DNA from: the human T2T-CHM13v2.0 reference genome, Homo sapiens
Strand: one strand, 5' to 3'
DNA length: 64,000 bases
NCBI RefSeq assembly: GCF_009914755.1
Contig: NC_060933.1
The translations under genes were made by a program, and so were the position numbers. Positions 14,620-28,420 of the stretch are shown one piece after another. A model generated the notes under the pieces. The model saw only the letters and a program-made list of their open reading frames with translations. It searched no databases and was not told where the DNA came from. Numbering within the stretch: the stretch's first letter is position 1; every line of letters begins with the position of its first letter.

Positions 14620-14995
14620 TGTATTAGTCTGTTTTCATGCTGCTGATAAACACATACCTGAGACTGGACAATTTACAAAAGAAGGAGTTTTATTGGACTC
14701 ACAGTTCCATGTGGCTGGGGAGACCACACAATCATGGTGAAAGATGAAAGGCAAGGAGGAGCAAGTCACGTCTTACATGGATGGCAGCAGGCAAAGAGAG
14801 AGCTTGTGCAGGGAAACTCTCATTTTTAAAACCATCAGATCTCCTGAGACTCATTCACTATCATGAGAACAGCACAAGAAAGACCTGCCCCCATAATTCA
14901 GTCACCTTCCACTGGGTTTCTCCCACAACACATGAGAATTCTGGTAGTTACAACTCAAGATGAGATTTGGGTGGGGACACAGCCAAACCATGTCA
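14620..14995 (-). mobile_element. THE1 solo LTR (B-like)
   Basis: tgtattagtctgttttcatgctgctgataaa ... gacacagccaaaccatgtca. Confidence 0.92.
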
Positions 14996-15069
14996 ACTTT
15001 GAAACACAGAAGTTTTTAATGAAATCGAACTGATCTATTTTTTGTTTTGTTGCTTGAGCTTTTGGTGAC

Positions 15070-16220
15070 TGCTATGGTTTGAAATATGTTCCCACAAAAT
15101 TCATGTTTGGAATGCTTATATTCCTGCTGGTGGGAATATAAAACCGTACATCTAGTATGGAAAACAGTACGGTGATTCCTCAAGAAATTAGAAACAGAAT
15201 TACCCTATGATCCAGCATTTCCACTTCTGGGTGGAATACCAAAATAATTGAAAGCAGGGCCTCAAAGAGATATCTGTACACCCATGTTCATAGCAGCATT
15301 AGACACAATAGCCAAAAGTGGAAATAATCTAAGCATTCATTGAGGGATGAATGGAAAAACAGAATCTGACATATACATACATACAGTGGAATATTATTCA
15401 GCTTCCAAAAGGAAGAAAATTCTGACATATGCTATAACATGGATGCACCTTGAGTACATTATGCTAGGTGAAATAAGCCAGTCACAAAAACAAATACTGC
15501 ATGATTCCATTTAAATGAAGGGCCTAGAATATTCAACTTCATAGACAGAAGGTAGAATGGTGGTTGCCAGGGGCTGGGAGGAGGGGGTAGGGGTTAGGTT
15601 TTAATAAATATTATTTCAGTTTTACAAGATGAAGAGAGTTTTGCCGATGGGTTGTGGGGATACTTGTACAACACTATCAATGTATTTAATACCACTGAAT
15701 TGTACACTTAAAATGGTTAAGATGGTAAATTTTATGTGTGTTTTAACACAATGAAAACTGAAAAAAGGGATATATGTTACCGTAAATAAAAAATTTGTAT
15801 GCTGAACTCAGAACCCCCAGTACCTAAGAACATGACCTTATTTGGAAATGGGGTTGTTGTTAATGTAATTATTTAAGATGAGGTCATGCTGTAATAGGGT
15901 GGGCCCCCTAATCCAGTATGATTTGTGTCTTTATAAAAAAGGGAAATTTGTGCACAGAGATAACACAGGGGATATGCCATATGAATATGAAGGCAGAATT
16001 CTACAAGCCCAGGAATGCCAAAGATTGCCAGCAAACCACCAGAAGCTAGGAGAGAAGTGTGGATTAGATTCTTTCTCACAACCCTCAGAAGGAACCAGCC
16101 CTGCCAAGAACTTGATCTCAGACTTCTAGTCTCCAGAACTGTGAGACAGTGCATTTTGTTTTGTAAGTCAGCCACATGGTTTGTGGCACTTTGTTATGGC
16201 AGCCCTAGGAGATGAAGACA
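15070..16220 (+). mobile_element. MLT1 (B/C-like) LTR, split by L1
   Basis: 5' piece tgctatggtttgaaatatgttccc (15070); remainder 'gaccttatttggaaat..ttgttatggcagccctaggag'. Confidence 0.8.
15115..15760 (+). mobile_element. L1MB-type 3' end nested in an MLT1 LTR
   Basis: 'gaattaccctatgatccagcatttccacttctggg' to 'tgtacacttaaaatggttaagatggtaaattttatg'. Confidence 0.85.
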
Positions 16221-16239
16221 ATATGCAACATGGTATGTC

Positions 16240-17000
16240 CATTATAGGACACTGTGGGCCATAAATGTGTTCTTTGGCCTGAAGAAATAAAACTTGGTGG
16301 TCCAAGTTGATGTCTTATCATCTGTTCCAGCTCTTTTATAGTATTTTTGGCATTTGAATCTAATAACTATGCAAAGCCCAGTCCAGAGAATGTGTCAGGA
16401 CCCATTATAGCCTCCCAGGGATACTGGCTTCAGTCTGGTATAATCTACTTGTTAGCTATGAGTGGTGCCTTCCCACTGGGAATCTGTCCTATAGCCACCT
16501 GCGGTCTCTGTCTTCCTGCTGTCAGGTAGGACAGTTCTTGTTGGCATTTGGTGCCTCTGAGGGTGGAGGAGGGATGTGTTGCTGAGCAGCCCATCTCTGC
16601 ACGGCTGCAGCTCCCCTGTGTCCACTCCTTCATTAAGCCCAGGTGGCCACCTCAAGGTCACCAGGATATCCACCTACCAGAACTGATCACTGATCCTGGG
16701 AGGGGTTCTTCAGGTGGGCATTGACATGACCTACTTTAATGTGCCCTTTAAATTCCTGCAGTGCTGTGCTCCATGTGGGGATCCTTTCACAGCCCAGTTT
16801 GCCATTGCCCCTCTGCCTAGTCACATGGCCAGGCAATTGGCCACTGCCCATGAGTCAGTAAAAGTAAAAACCAAAATGTAGAAGATCCTGTCATTGTTGA
16901 ATTCTTCCATCACAGGAAGGAGTGCAACATGTAATTCATCTCACTGGGTTGATTTGTTCTTGTCTTTTTCAATAAGAATTTTCCCATTACTGCTCATGGT
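16240..17000 (-). mobile_element. ERVL-class internal pol fragment (RNase H region)
   Basis: Minus-strand translation KSTQ*DELHVALL..FTDSWAVANCLA resembles the ERVL RNase H motifs SAQWAEL..FTDSWAVANGLA. Confidence 0.65.
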
Positions 17001-18999
17001 GTGCATCCAGGCCACACTGATGCAAGGGGTGGGGTCCCAAGGCCTTGGGCAGCTCCGCCCCATGGCTCTGCAGGGTACAGCCCCAGTGACTGCTTCCATG
17101 GGCTGGCATTGAGTGCCTGTGGCTTTTCCAGGCACACAGTGAAAGCTTTCAGTGGATCTACCATTCTCTGGCCTGCAGGACAGTGGCCCTCTTCTCACAG
17201 CTCCACTAGGCAGTGCCCCAGTGGGGACATTGAGTGGGGCCTCCAAACCCACATTTCACCTCCAGACTGCTTTAGTAAAGGCTCTCCATGAGGGCTCTGA
17301 CCCTACAGCAGACTTCCTCCTGGGCATCCAGGCATTATCATACAACCTTTACAATCTAGGTGGAAACTCCCAAGCCTCAACTCTTGCCTTCCTTGCACCT
17401 GTAAGCTTAAAACCACATGGAAGCCACAAAGGCTTCTTATGGCTGCACCCTCTGATGCAGTGGCCTGAGATGTATCTGGGGCCCTTTTAGCCACAGCTGG
17501 AGCTGGAGCAGCTGGGATTCCGGGTGACATGTCCCGAGGCTGTACACAACAGTGGGGTCCTGGGCCTAGGCCACAAAACCATTTTTCCCTCCTAATCTTT
17601 CAGGCCTGTGATGGGAAGGGCTACTGTGAAGATCTCTGAAATGTCCTGGAGGCATTTTCCCCATTGTCTTGGCTATTCACATTCTGCTCCTCTTTACTTA
17701 TGGAAATTCCTGCAGCTGAGTTGAATGTCTTACCAGAAATTTGGTTTTTCTTTTCTACCACATGGTCAGGCTGCAAATTTTCCAATCTTTTATGCTCTGC
17801 TTCCCTTTTAAATATAAGTTCCAATTTCAGACCATCTCTTTGTGAATGCATATGAGCATGTGCTGTTAGAAGCAGCCAAGTTACATCTTGAATGCTTTGC
17901 TGTTTAGAAATTTAGAAATTTCTTCTGCCAGATGCCCTAAATCATCTCAAGTTCGAAGTTCCACAGATCCCTAGAGTAGGAGCACAATGCCACCAATCTC
18001 CTTGCTAAAACATAGCAAGAGTGACTGCAAACTCCAGTTCCCAATAAGTTCCTCACCTCCATCTGGGACCACCTCAGCCTGGATTTCACTGTCCATATCA
18101 CTATATGAGCATTTCGGTCACAACCATTCAGCAAGTCTCTAGGAAGTTCCAAACTTTTCTTCCTGTCTTCTGTTTTTTTGTTTTGTTTTCATTTTTGTTT
18201 TTTTCAGATGAAGTCTCACTCTGTTATCCAGGCTGGAATGCAGTGGCACAATCTTAGCTCACTGCAACCTCTGCCTCCTGGGTTCAAATGATCCTCCTAC
18301 CTCAGCTTCCTGAGTAGCTGGGATTACAGGCATGTGCCATGATGCCCGCCTAATTTTTTTTTCTATTTTTAGTAGAGACAGAGTTTCACCATGTTGGCCT
18401 GGCTGGCTTTGAACCCCTGACCTCAAATGATCCACCTGCCTCACTCTCCCAAAGTGCTGGGATTACAGGCATGAGCTACCATGCCCAGCCATCATCTTCG
18501 TATCTTCTTATAAACCTTCCAAACTGTTCCAACCTCTGCCTATTACCCAGTTCCAAAGTCGCTTCCACAGTTTCAGGTATCTTTGTAGCAATGCCCTACT
18601 TCTCTGGTACCAATTTTCTGTATTAGTTTGTTCTCACATTGCTATAAAGAAGTACCTGAGACTGGGTAATTTATAAAGAAAAAAAGGTTTAATTGGCTCA
18701 TGGTTCCACAAGCTGTAAAGGAAGCATGGCTGAGGAGGCCTCGGGAAACCTACAATCATGGTGGAAGGTGAAAGGGAAGGAAGCATATCTTCATATGGAC
18801 AGCAGGAGCACAGGGGAAGTTACTATACAGTATTAAACAACCAGATCTCATGAGAGTCCTATCACAAGAACAGCAAGGGGGATGTCCACCCCTATGATTC
18901 AATAATCAATTTCCAATTGTAAGATTCAATTTCCAATTGTAATTGGAAATTACAATTCAACATGACATTTGGCTGGGGACTCAGAGCCAAACCATATCA
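17000..18999 (-). mobile_element. MST (A/B-like) MaLR: 5' LTR 18619-18999 plus truncated internal region
   Basis: LTR tgtattagtttgttctcacattgctataaagaa..ccaaaccatatca; internal remnants LELPRDLLNGCD and ENLQPDHVVEKKN. Confidence 0.9.
18173..18490 (-). mobile_element. AluS inserted in MST internal region
   Basis: Full reverse Alu with T-rich tail. Confidence 0.9.
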
Positions 19000-19627
19000 C
19001 CAACCCTATAAAGAAAGCGAGGCACTGATGTCACACTGCTGGTGGATCTGAGACTTGATCTCAGGCCAGCCTGATTCCTAAGTGGCGTTCTTACCCTGTT
19101 GCCTCAGGAGCAGCGAGAGCTCTATGGAGCCTGTACATTGCTAAAGAACAAGTTGAAAGAATTTTATTTCCAACAGTAGGGCTGATAAGGACCAGCTGAA
19201 AACAACTTAAGCTTCTGGAAAACATATCAAGAACCTCTTAAAAATGTGTCAATGAGCTACAAAATAAGAGTTCCAAAAAGCTAAAAAAGTTTTAAAATGG
19301 AAGTGAAACCCAAAGAAGTAACTAAGGCACTGATGCCACTTTTCACCCTTAAGATATTTGCCTGTCAAACTAAACTTTGCTGTTTTTCACAGCCTGAGGT
19401 GGAAAAGGGGCAGCAGAACAGCTGACAAAGCTGAGGGCCTGGCCAAGTGGGAGGGGCTAAAAGGAGACATCATAAAGTGAGATCCAAAAGGACAGACTTA
19501 GTGTAAGGGTGAACTATGAATAAACCTGTCCGCCTCCCCCTGTATGCTGCCCTTGACCCCTGCTTCCCTAGGAACAGTGAGGAACATTGGGTATCCTGAG
19601 AGAAAACATCTCCCCTGAGAGTTTTAT

Positions 19628-19698
19628 GTATATATATGTGTGTGTGTGTGTGTATATATATATACACATATATATACACATACACACACATATATATA
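19628..19698. repeat. Compound (TA)/(TG)/(CA) microsatellite
   Basis: Directly visible. Confidence 0.9.
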
Positions 19699-20255
19699 TT
19701 TCTATAGTCCTTTAACTGATTTGTTCACCCAAGCCGGGTGGTCTAAAATGTCTCAAGCTTAAAATTTACAGCAATATCAGCTTTTTGGTGCCTTCTAGGT
19801 GACTGACAGATGCAAAATGGATTGTCTTTGGAGGAACTCTGAGATACTTTCAAGGAATATAAGTTCACAATAAAAAATCACAAATGTTAAATTGGCAAGA
19901 GCCACCAGAAACAATGGACAGAAGGAGCAGGCCTGCAAAAACTTAAGACAGTCAAGTTAGCAAAGACAGTACAAAGTGTGTTTTATACTTAAAGAAACAA
20001 AGGAGTTGAAATAACTTGAGCATGAAAATAACCAAATAGATTGGGAAAAGTACCAAGTGGAAACGAAATGAAAAGTATCGTAATTGAAATGGAAAGTTCA
20101 ATGGATTGGCTTAACTAACGGTCATCAAAAAGAGAATAATAGATGAAGAAATAAAGAAGTTTTCAGACTCGAAAAAGCTGAACGAATTTACTACCTGGAG
20201 ACCTGCACTATAAAAAAAGTTAAGGGATGTCCTTCAGGCATAAAGAAAAGGATAC

Positions 20256-22078
20256 TAATGGCAGCAGTGTGCCATCTGGAGCAGCCACTGTTATCACACC
20301 AGCTGCAGAGTGGAGGCACAAGTGGTGGTGGCAGGAGTGGCTGTGGGAGCAGCAGTGGTAGTGGTGGGTCCCCTGTGCCCTACATCCCTGAGGCAGCTGA
20401 CTGCACCACCCCAACCCTTGCACAACTAGGCAGGACCCGCTGCAGGCCCAGAACCTCCGCCGCACCTTCAACCTCACTGTCTGCTGAGTCTCAGGAGCCT
20501 GTGAGCTGATAGTGCAGCCAGGACTCGTGGGCGGGGGGGAGGGAGGCCCCAGGAGCATTGGGTTTGTTTGCACGGGGTTGGCTGAGGCCACCAGCCACCC
20601 GCACCTTGCCTGCTGCCACTAAGGGGAAAATGCAGACCAGTGGTATGGCCAGGGCTGCGTGCTTTATTAAGCCAGAAAGTTGGTAGAGTGGGAGCTTCCC
20701 AGGCGCAACTGCAGCCACCCAAGCTGTGGCTGCTACCAGGGCACTCCTGTGCTCTTGGGAGCCAAGAGTAGGCAGGAACCCTGCCCTCCCAAGTGCAGCG
20801 GCAGCCACTCAAGCTGCAGCTGTGGACCCAGGAATCTTTGTACTCTTGGGGGCCCAGGAAGGCACCCCTGTCCCTGCAGGCTAGGAAGTGCCTGCTCCCA
20901 CTGTCTGGGATCTCCTCACTGTTAGCATCTGCTCCCGTCACAGATCACAACCTGGGGCACTGTCTCTCTCTCAGCACTTTCGCATCCCAGCTGCATGTGT
21001 GCATGCTTGGGGTAGTGCTGACATGTCAACCCCTTGGCCCCCTTCGGACTGTGGAGGCTGACAAGCATGGGAAGGAGGCTGAAGTGGGGCTGAGGACAGC
21101 TTGGCACTGGCCTACAGGTACTCCTTGGCATGAATAACCTGGGTGCCATGAACAATGCCAGGAGGCAAACAGGCTCTTGGGTGGAAGGGGGCAGGTTCCC
21201 AATGAAGCCCCACCTGCAAGCTGGGGTGGGGCTGAAGCCTGGGGGGTGGGCCGCCAGTCTTCAGGGAGGAGCTACCCTCTCTGCTGAGAGCTGAAGAGAC
21301 AACAAGATGACCTGCCTGCAGAGAGGAGCTGCCCTCTCTGCTGAGAGCTCAGCACTCAACAGGACACCCTGGCTATGGAGAGGAGTTACCCACTGTGGGT
21401 CTCCTCTGAGCTGTCTTATCTCTCAGTAAAGCTCCTCTTCATCTTGTTCACCTTCCACTTGTCTGCATATATCATTCTTCCTGGACGCAGAACAAGACCT
21501 GGAGACCTGCTGAATGGCGGAGCTAAAATAGCTATAACACAAACAGTGCTGGAACATGTCCCTTGTTTGTCACATTGCAGGCAACGAGAAGAGAGAAGGA
21601 GGAAAGAGCTGTGGCTCTTCATGGAGCCCAGACCTAGGAAATCCCTGAGCCAGGGCTGTGACACCCTGTTTAGGGCTCTGTGGGTTCCTGGCATCTCCAA
21701 GGTTCTGGGCACCACCACATTCCCTGGTGTCAGCCGTGGAAGCTGCTTATGGTATGCCTGGTCTAGCTGCAGCCTTGCATGGAGCTGGCACCCGTGCCAG
21801 TGCCTGAAGCTGCCTGCCCATCGCCTATCCCCCCTCAGCTGGCATGCCTGGCTGTGTGCAGTGGCCGGACCCCATGCTTGCTCACACACCCCTTGCTGCT
21901 CCGTGCCTGGCTCACCCTTGGCAGACATGCGATCCAGGCTCATAGTGGGAGCTGAGCGCAGACTGCCAGGCTGAGTGGGTGGAACGAGACCTGCGATCCA
22001 GAGCAAAACTCGGGCAAAGGCGCCACTGGCCATAGAGGCTTTTGGCTGATGAAGTAATACCGCAAGGATCCCGTAACA
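20256..22078 (+). mobile_element. MER52 (A-like) ERV1 solo LTR, ~1.8 kb, GC-rich
   Basis: Starts taatggcagcagtgtgccatctggagcagcc, ends gcaaggatcccgtaaca; 4-bp TSD atac (20252-20255, 22079-22082). Confidence 0.85.
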
Positions 22079-22667
22079 ATACCAGATGGAAATCTGGATC
22101 CACACAAAGAAATGATCTACACCAGAAATAGTAACATCGTGTATCTATACCAGAAATAGTAACGACATGGATATATACTTTACTATTATTTAAACTTCTC
22201 TAAAAGATAATTGTTTAGAAAATAAAGTAATATGCACTTTTCAATACATGTAAAAGTAAAATGGATGACAATAAGAGCTTAAAGACTAAAAGGGGAGAAG
22301 TTTGCTATTCTCAGATTCTTAAACTGTACATGATGTGATCTACTGTCACCTGAAGGTCGGCTGTGATCCGTTAAAGGTGTACACTGTAAACCCTGGAGCC
22401 ACGGCTAAGATAACAAACCAAAAGATTACAGCTATTAAACTAACAAAGGAGATCAAATGGAATCATAAAAATATATTGGGTAAATCCAAAAGAAGACAGA
22501 AAAAGATGTAAAAGAGAATAAAGGACAGATGGGATGAGTAGAAAACAATAGCAAGATAAGAGACTCAACCATATTAGGAATTACATTACATTTAAATTGA
22601 TTTAGAAGACAGGTTGTCAGATTGGATATTTTTAAAGTTGGTTGTATTTTGCTTACAAGAAGTGTAC

Positions 22668-22977
22668 TTTATTTATTTACTTATTTTTGGAGATGGAGTT
22701 TTGTTCCTGTTGCCCAGGCTGGAGTGCAATGGAGTGCAATGGTGCGGTCTCACTGCAACTTCTGCCTCCCGGGTTCAAGCGATTCTCCAGCCTCAGCCTC
22801 CCAAATAGCTAGGAATACAGGCCCCCACCACCACACCCCGGTAATTTTTGTATTTTTAGTAGAGACAGAGTTTCACCATCTTGGCCAGGCTGGTCTCAAA
22901 CTCCTGAAATCAGGTGATCCACCTGCCTTGGCCTCCCAAAGTGTTGAGATTACAGGTGTGAGCCACCACACCTGGCC
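22668..22977 (-). mobile_element. AluSp/Sq-like
   Basis: 'gttttgttcctgttgcccaggctggagtgcaatgg'; internal 10-bp tandem duplication ggagtgcaat; degenerate TSD. Confidence 0.9.
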
Positions 22978-23793
22978 AAGAAATGTAGTTTAAATATAAA
23001 GATGCAAACAGGTTAGATGTAAAAAGATGGAGAAAGATATACCATGCCAAGACTAGTCAAAAGAAAGCTGAGGTGGCTATACGAATGCCAAAATAGACTT
23101 CAGAGCAAAGACTATTACCAGGGATTAAAGAGATTATTTCTTACTGATAATGTGGTTAGTTAAAGACGAAGACATAACAAACCTATGTGTTTTTGTACCT
23201 AATAACAAAGCTTCAAAATGTATGAAGAAAAGTAATAAAACAATACGTAGAGATAGAGATAACCATCAGAGATTTTAGTCCCTCTCTCAACAGTTCATAG
23301 AATAAATAGGCAATAAATCAGCAAGAATGTATTGGACTTGAACAACACCATCAACCAACTTGACCTGATTTATATTTATAGAATACTCCACCCTATAAAA
23401 GCAAAATACACATTTTCTCAACTGTGCATGGAACATTTATGGAGATAGACCACATTATAGCCCATTAAAAACCTCTATAAATTAAAAAGTATTCAACTAC
23501 AAAGTATGTTCTCAGACGACAATGAAATAAAATGAAAAACCGGTAACAGGAAGATCCTTTAAAAATCCCCAAGTATTTGGAAATTAACTCACTTCTAAAT
23601 AACTCATAGGTCAAAGAAGAAATCTAAAGGAATTTTAGAAAAACTTCATTTGAAGTTATTGGAAATAGAAAAACAACATAGAATTTGTCGATTGTCACTG
23701 AAGCAGTACCTGAAGGGAAATTTATGATATTACTGTATTAGAAAAGAAGAAGAGTCTCAGATCAGCAACCTCAGTTTCTAATTTAAGAATATC

Positions 23794-24177
<384 letters not shown>

Positions 24178-25409
24178 TCAGTGAATCCAAAAACGTGTTC
24201 TTTGGGAAAAATCAATGAAAATGACAAATCTCCAGCTGGATTGACTGGGAAAAAAGAGAAAATTATGAATATAAAAAGGGGATGACTGACATCACTAAAG
24301 ACCTGGCAGAGGTAGTGCTCATCAGGATTCTCCACTGTAGTTTCTCTTTTTCCCTCTATTCCATACTGTCCTCTTTGGAGACTAAGTCACTGTGTGCAGC
24401 CCACACTTAAGGAGTGGGGAGTTATTCTCGCTCTCCTTTGGGATGGAATATATAACATAATTCATTTGAAATCCTGCATGGGAAATTTATCTCCTTTCCC
24501 TCATTCATTAACTTATTTAATCATTTATTTATATCAGTATGCACTCAAGAATATTTATTTTATCTAATACTGCTCTATTTTGTTGCCCTTTACACACATG
24601 GAATCTTCCGTATTGCCACAGGTGCCATCAGATCTCCAGCATTTGCACATGCTGTTTCCTCTCCGGGATTCCCACATGCCGGGCATTAGGTCAAGCTCCA
24701 CGGGACTCCCTGAGATGGATCAGACATAGATCCCACCATGAATACCTCACAGTCCGGCTGGGAAGATGAGACAGGGACCTAACTATCTACAGAACAGAGT
24801 CACCAGCTTATAGGTACAAAGGAAGGGCATGGACAGCACAGGACACACCTGCCTACTGCCAGAGGTGTCAGGGGCAGCTTCTGAAGTTGGTGGGTCTCAT
24901 GGGGCTCAGTGCAGAGGTGTGACCACAGAAAACAGAAAGGAGGCATTCCATGCAGAAGGAAGCTAGAGTGACAGGAGCACATAGTAGAAGTGGGGAGCAT
25001 GGTAGGGGACTGAAGACTCGGACCAGCCCCCCATTGGTACATTTTGTGCTAGGTGTCCACACTCAAACATCCTGCAGCTCAGCTCCAACGACTGAAAATT
25101 CTGCTAATGAGAATTTCTCTTCTGCGAGCTTTAGGCCTTGGCTGGTTGGACCAGTGGCTGCCTCTTATGTCCCCCACCAGTCGAAGCTCAGTTCCACAGG
25201 AAGAGCTTTGTGTTTTGCTCTAAGTAGCAAGGAATCCACTGGTGGGGAGTCCAACAGGGAGTGAGTGAAGGACTTACATTCCACGGGAGGCTTCTGGTTG
25301 TGGGCACAGAAGGGGCTCTGGGCTAAAGAAGGAAGCTGGGAGCCCCTCAAGTAGCAGAAGGACATTGGGGTCATCCCTGAGAGAGGAGACCTAGTGAGAA
25401 TGAAGTGAT

Positions 25410-25590
25410 GGCCGGGTAAGGTGGGGTGGGAAGGGGAGGGACAGGAGCAGATAGGGAGAGGAGGGAGTAATAGGGGAAGGGAGATGAAGAGAAGGGCAAG
25501 GAGGGGAGGGAGTAGATAAGGGACAAGGAGGGAGGAAGAGGGAGGAGAGGAAGATGAGGAAGGGGGAGGGTGAAGATAGGGAAGGGGATG
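25410..25590. repeat. Purine-rich (GA) low-complexity tract with G-quadruplex motif
   Basis: Almost pure A/G; ggggtgggaaggggaggg at 25423-25440. Confidence 0.85.
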
Positions 25591-25879
25591 GCCCAGAGGT
25601 ATTCATTTGAAAGCAGCCCCAGCAGGACTGATTGTAGCAGTGGCTGTCCAGTGAGAGAGAAAGGAAAGAATCAAGAACAAATTCTAGATTTTTGACTTGA
25701 GAAACTGGGAGAAGATGGGGACTTTTCCCAACTCAGTGCTTTTCACTGAGAGAAGAAAAGGAAGAGCCATATTTGAGTGTGAAAACAAGAGTCGCCTTTG
25801 AGATCTATTAAGTTTAATATGCTTCATTAGGAAGCTCCCTCATTTCCCCCGTAGCATCAACATTCTTTCTAAAACATTT

Positions 25880-28400
25880 GGAAAGCATTATGATTTTTAT
25901 TGTAGAGTCCCCCCACCCCAGCGATTTTCTCTACTTTTTTCCTATTCATTGGTCATGGAAGCTGCTTCCAATTTTCAGCTATTGTGAATAATGGGCTCTT
26001 TAAAGCATAGAACAGAGCTGGTTTGCAACGAACATTCTGTACACAGGTCTTTGTCAGTATCTCTGAATATTATATTCCTAAAAATTCCCAGAGGTACGAT
26101 TTGTAGGTCAAAGGCTGTAAACATTTTATAGCTTCTTAATACATATTGCCAAATGATGCTGCAAAAAGTGGCACCATGTACATTTTTCAAGAGAAGCATC
26201 AAAGGATCTCACTGGTCCTCGCCACCTGGACTATTGTAATGGTCCTGAATTATTGCTAATTAGATGTGCAGAAAATACTATTTTATGTTCATATCTGGAT
26301 AAAGTACCCATGAGGGTTTTGACTAATGTATGGAGGAGAAGAATCCTTTTTAAGGATTTAGATGTGATTTTACTGAGTTGCAGATGTCTTCTTCCCCACA
26401 GTACCTTGGGGGACTGAATACAGGTGTGGAGGCCACCCAGCTTGTATCTGTGTTTACTGTCCTTCTCTGATTGGAAGCCTCCCCGTCTTATTCCATTAGA
26501 CTTTGCTACTGTTCTCCCACTTAGCTGACCTGTCACCTCTTGCCTGAGAGTCTCAGGGTTAGTAATGGATTTCATGACTGTACACTTTAGTAATGAAGAA
26601 CTCCATTATCACTGGAAGGGGAGTGATCCTTCTGTGGTGTCTGAGCCAAGACAGGACAACATGGAAGCCCAGCACGTCAAGGTCCAGGAGCGTGTTCAGT
26701 GGCTGGGCCTGGGGGCAGGAGGAAGAGAAGAGACAGATGCAGGGACAGCCCCCCCCCATCCTGCCCCCACCATGATTACTCATCCTTCTTTGTAGTTACG
26801 TTACTTCATTGTATTACCTGGAAATAAGCTGTCTCCTTGGTTGATGGTCTATTCTTTGAGAGACAGCTTTAGAGGCCAGCAGACCTAAATTCTAATCCTT
26901 CTGCCTGATGTTGGGCAGTCATTTGTGGCTTTGGAGCCTCAGTTCCTAATCCGAAGTGAATCTCACAGTGGCCACCTCCCAGGGATGCTGTGCTAGATGA
27001 ACTGCCTGAGTTGGGTAGCTGGGCCAGGCTCTAGGTCACTGTGAGATGCTGCAGCTGTGGCTGTACCCTGTTAGTGCTGGGTCTGGAATCCCAGCCTCCA
27101 ACACAGCTGTGATTAAAGAATGCCTGGAAGGAGCAATGCACGAGGAAGGAGAAGGATGAGAATTTCGAGGTTAGCATCAGATGACTGGGGACTTGGCTTT
27201 CCTCTGGCTACTTCCCAGCTACTTGGGGCTCTGACACCTCTGGCCGGCCACACACACACCTGAGCACTCACCATCTCCCGGAACTCACTAGCCTGATGGC
27301 CCAGGATGACTGAGTGCCGGCAGATCTGGCAGGAACAGCTTGTGAATGGCATGGGTGGCCAGGGTCTCTGCCTGATAAAGAGAATGTTCTTCCCTCAGGA
27401 AAGCGGCCCAGGTGTCCTGGAGCAAAGGACTATACTGGAATAGGTTGGTGCCTGCAGCCTAGAGCTTGGACAGTTTCGGCAGCCAAATGAACCCTGGGAT
27501 TCCCAGTATTTGGGAAGAGGTTAAGGTATGTGGGAAGAGGCCAAAAACATAAGGGTCCTGCTCCACACAGACAGAATCTGAGACACCCTCCCCGGGGCAC
27601 CTGGTTCTTCTCCAGTCCTTTGTCACCTCCCAAGCGGGCCTCGGAAAAGGCAGGTCTGAGGAGGCGGTCCGACGCGGGACCTAGTCCAGGCTGGTGGAGA
27701 CCCCTCCGCCGTCCTCTGAGTACAGCTGCCGGTTGCCACCTCTGAGGCAGAACTTGAGGAAAATGGGGTCAAATGGAAGGTACTGGTATGGGGACACACG
27801 CGGGGAGGCCTCCAAACACCCTTTCAAGATGGTTCGTGTTGACCCCGATAGGTCTTGTGTTGGAGGGGCAGGCACTGGGGGTTGCTGGTCGACCCGCATG
27901 TTGCCCCACCACAGAGCATCCAGGGCTAAGAGCGAGGCAAGAGCCTCCTCCGAGCTTAAGCTGCAGGTCCAAGCTCCCACGAACAGATGGGGAGCGAATG
28001 CTCTGCCAGCAGGCGGAACAATCCTGCTAACGCTAGGGACATCCTGGAACTCGACCCGGTGCACAGCGGCCACTTCTCTCTCTCACGGGAGCTCCAGAGA
28101 ACAAGTGCAATACATAACATCCGCCGCCAGGTGGAGCCCGACAACCGGCGCAAACGGCTGCAGTCCACGTCGGATCGCTTTTCAGACATGGGTGGGTGGA
28201 GAGCGTCCGGCTCCTCTCGGAGCTCCAGGTCACCATGACGCGTCCCCAGCAGCATAAGGGAAGGCTGACTGCTGGGAAGAATACAGACTCTCCCTACGTG
28301 ACTCCCAGTCTGGCCCGTGGAAAATGTAACCGCGAGCCTGCGGGCCGGGCGCCCTGCCAGGCCGGGCTTTCCAGAGCCTCGCAAGTGGACTTAGAAAATA
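25880..28400 (-). ncRNA. Putative spliced 3-exon lncRNA/pseudogene from a CpG island (possibly FAM201-family-like; unverified)
   Basis: CpG-rich 27640-28420; weak donor after 27601; exon 27371-27272 (ctttatcag| ... ATG|GTGAGT); strong acceptor tctcttcctcctgcccccag| before 26708; AATAAA on minus strand at 25901-25896. Confidence 0.45.
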
Positions 28401-28420
28401 TCGCGCCCTCAGGTATGCGA
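27640..28420. promoter_or_regulatory. CpG-rich island
   Basis: High GC and many unmutated CpGs; not a repeat I recognise. Confidence 0.7.

Noticed and set aside
20220-22105. Overlapping 100-229 aa ORFs
   Set aside because: Chance open frames in the GC-rich MER52 LTR; the same applies to 37571-38611.
22116-22163. Short duplication of accagaaatagtaac
   Set aside because: Trivial slippage event inside an old L1.
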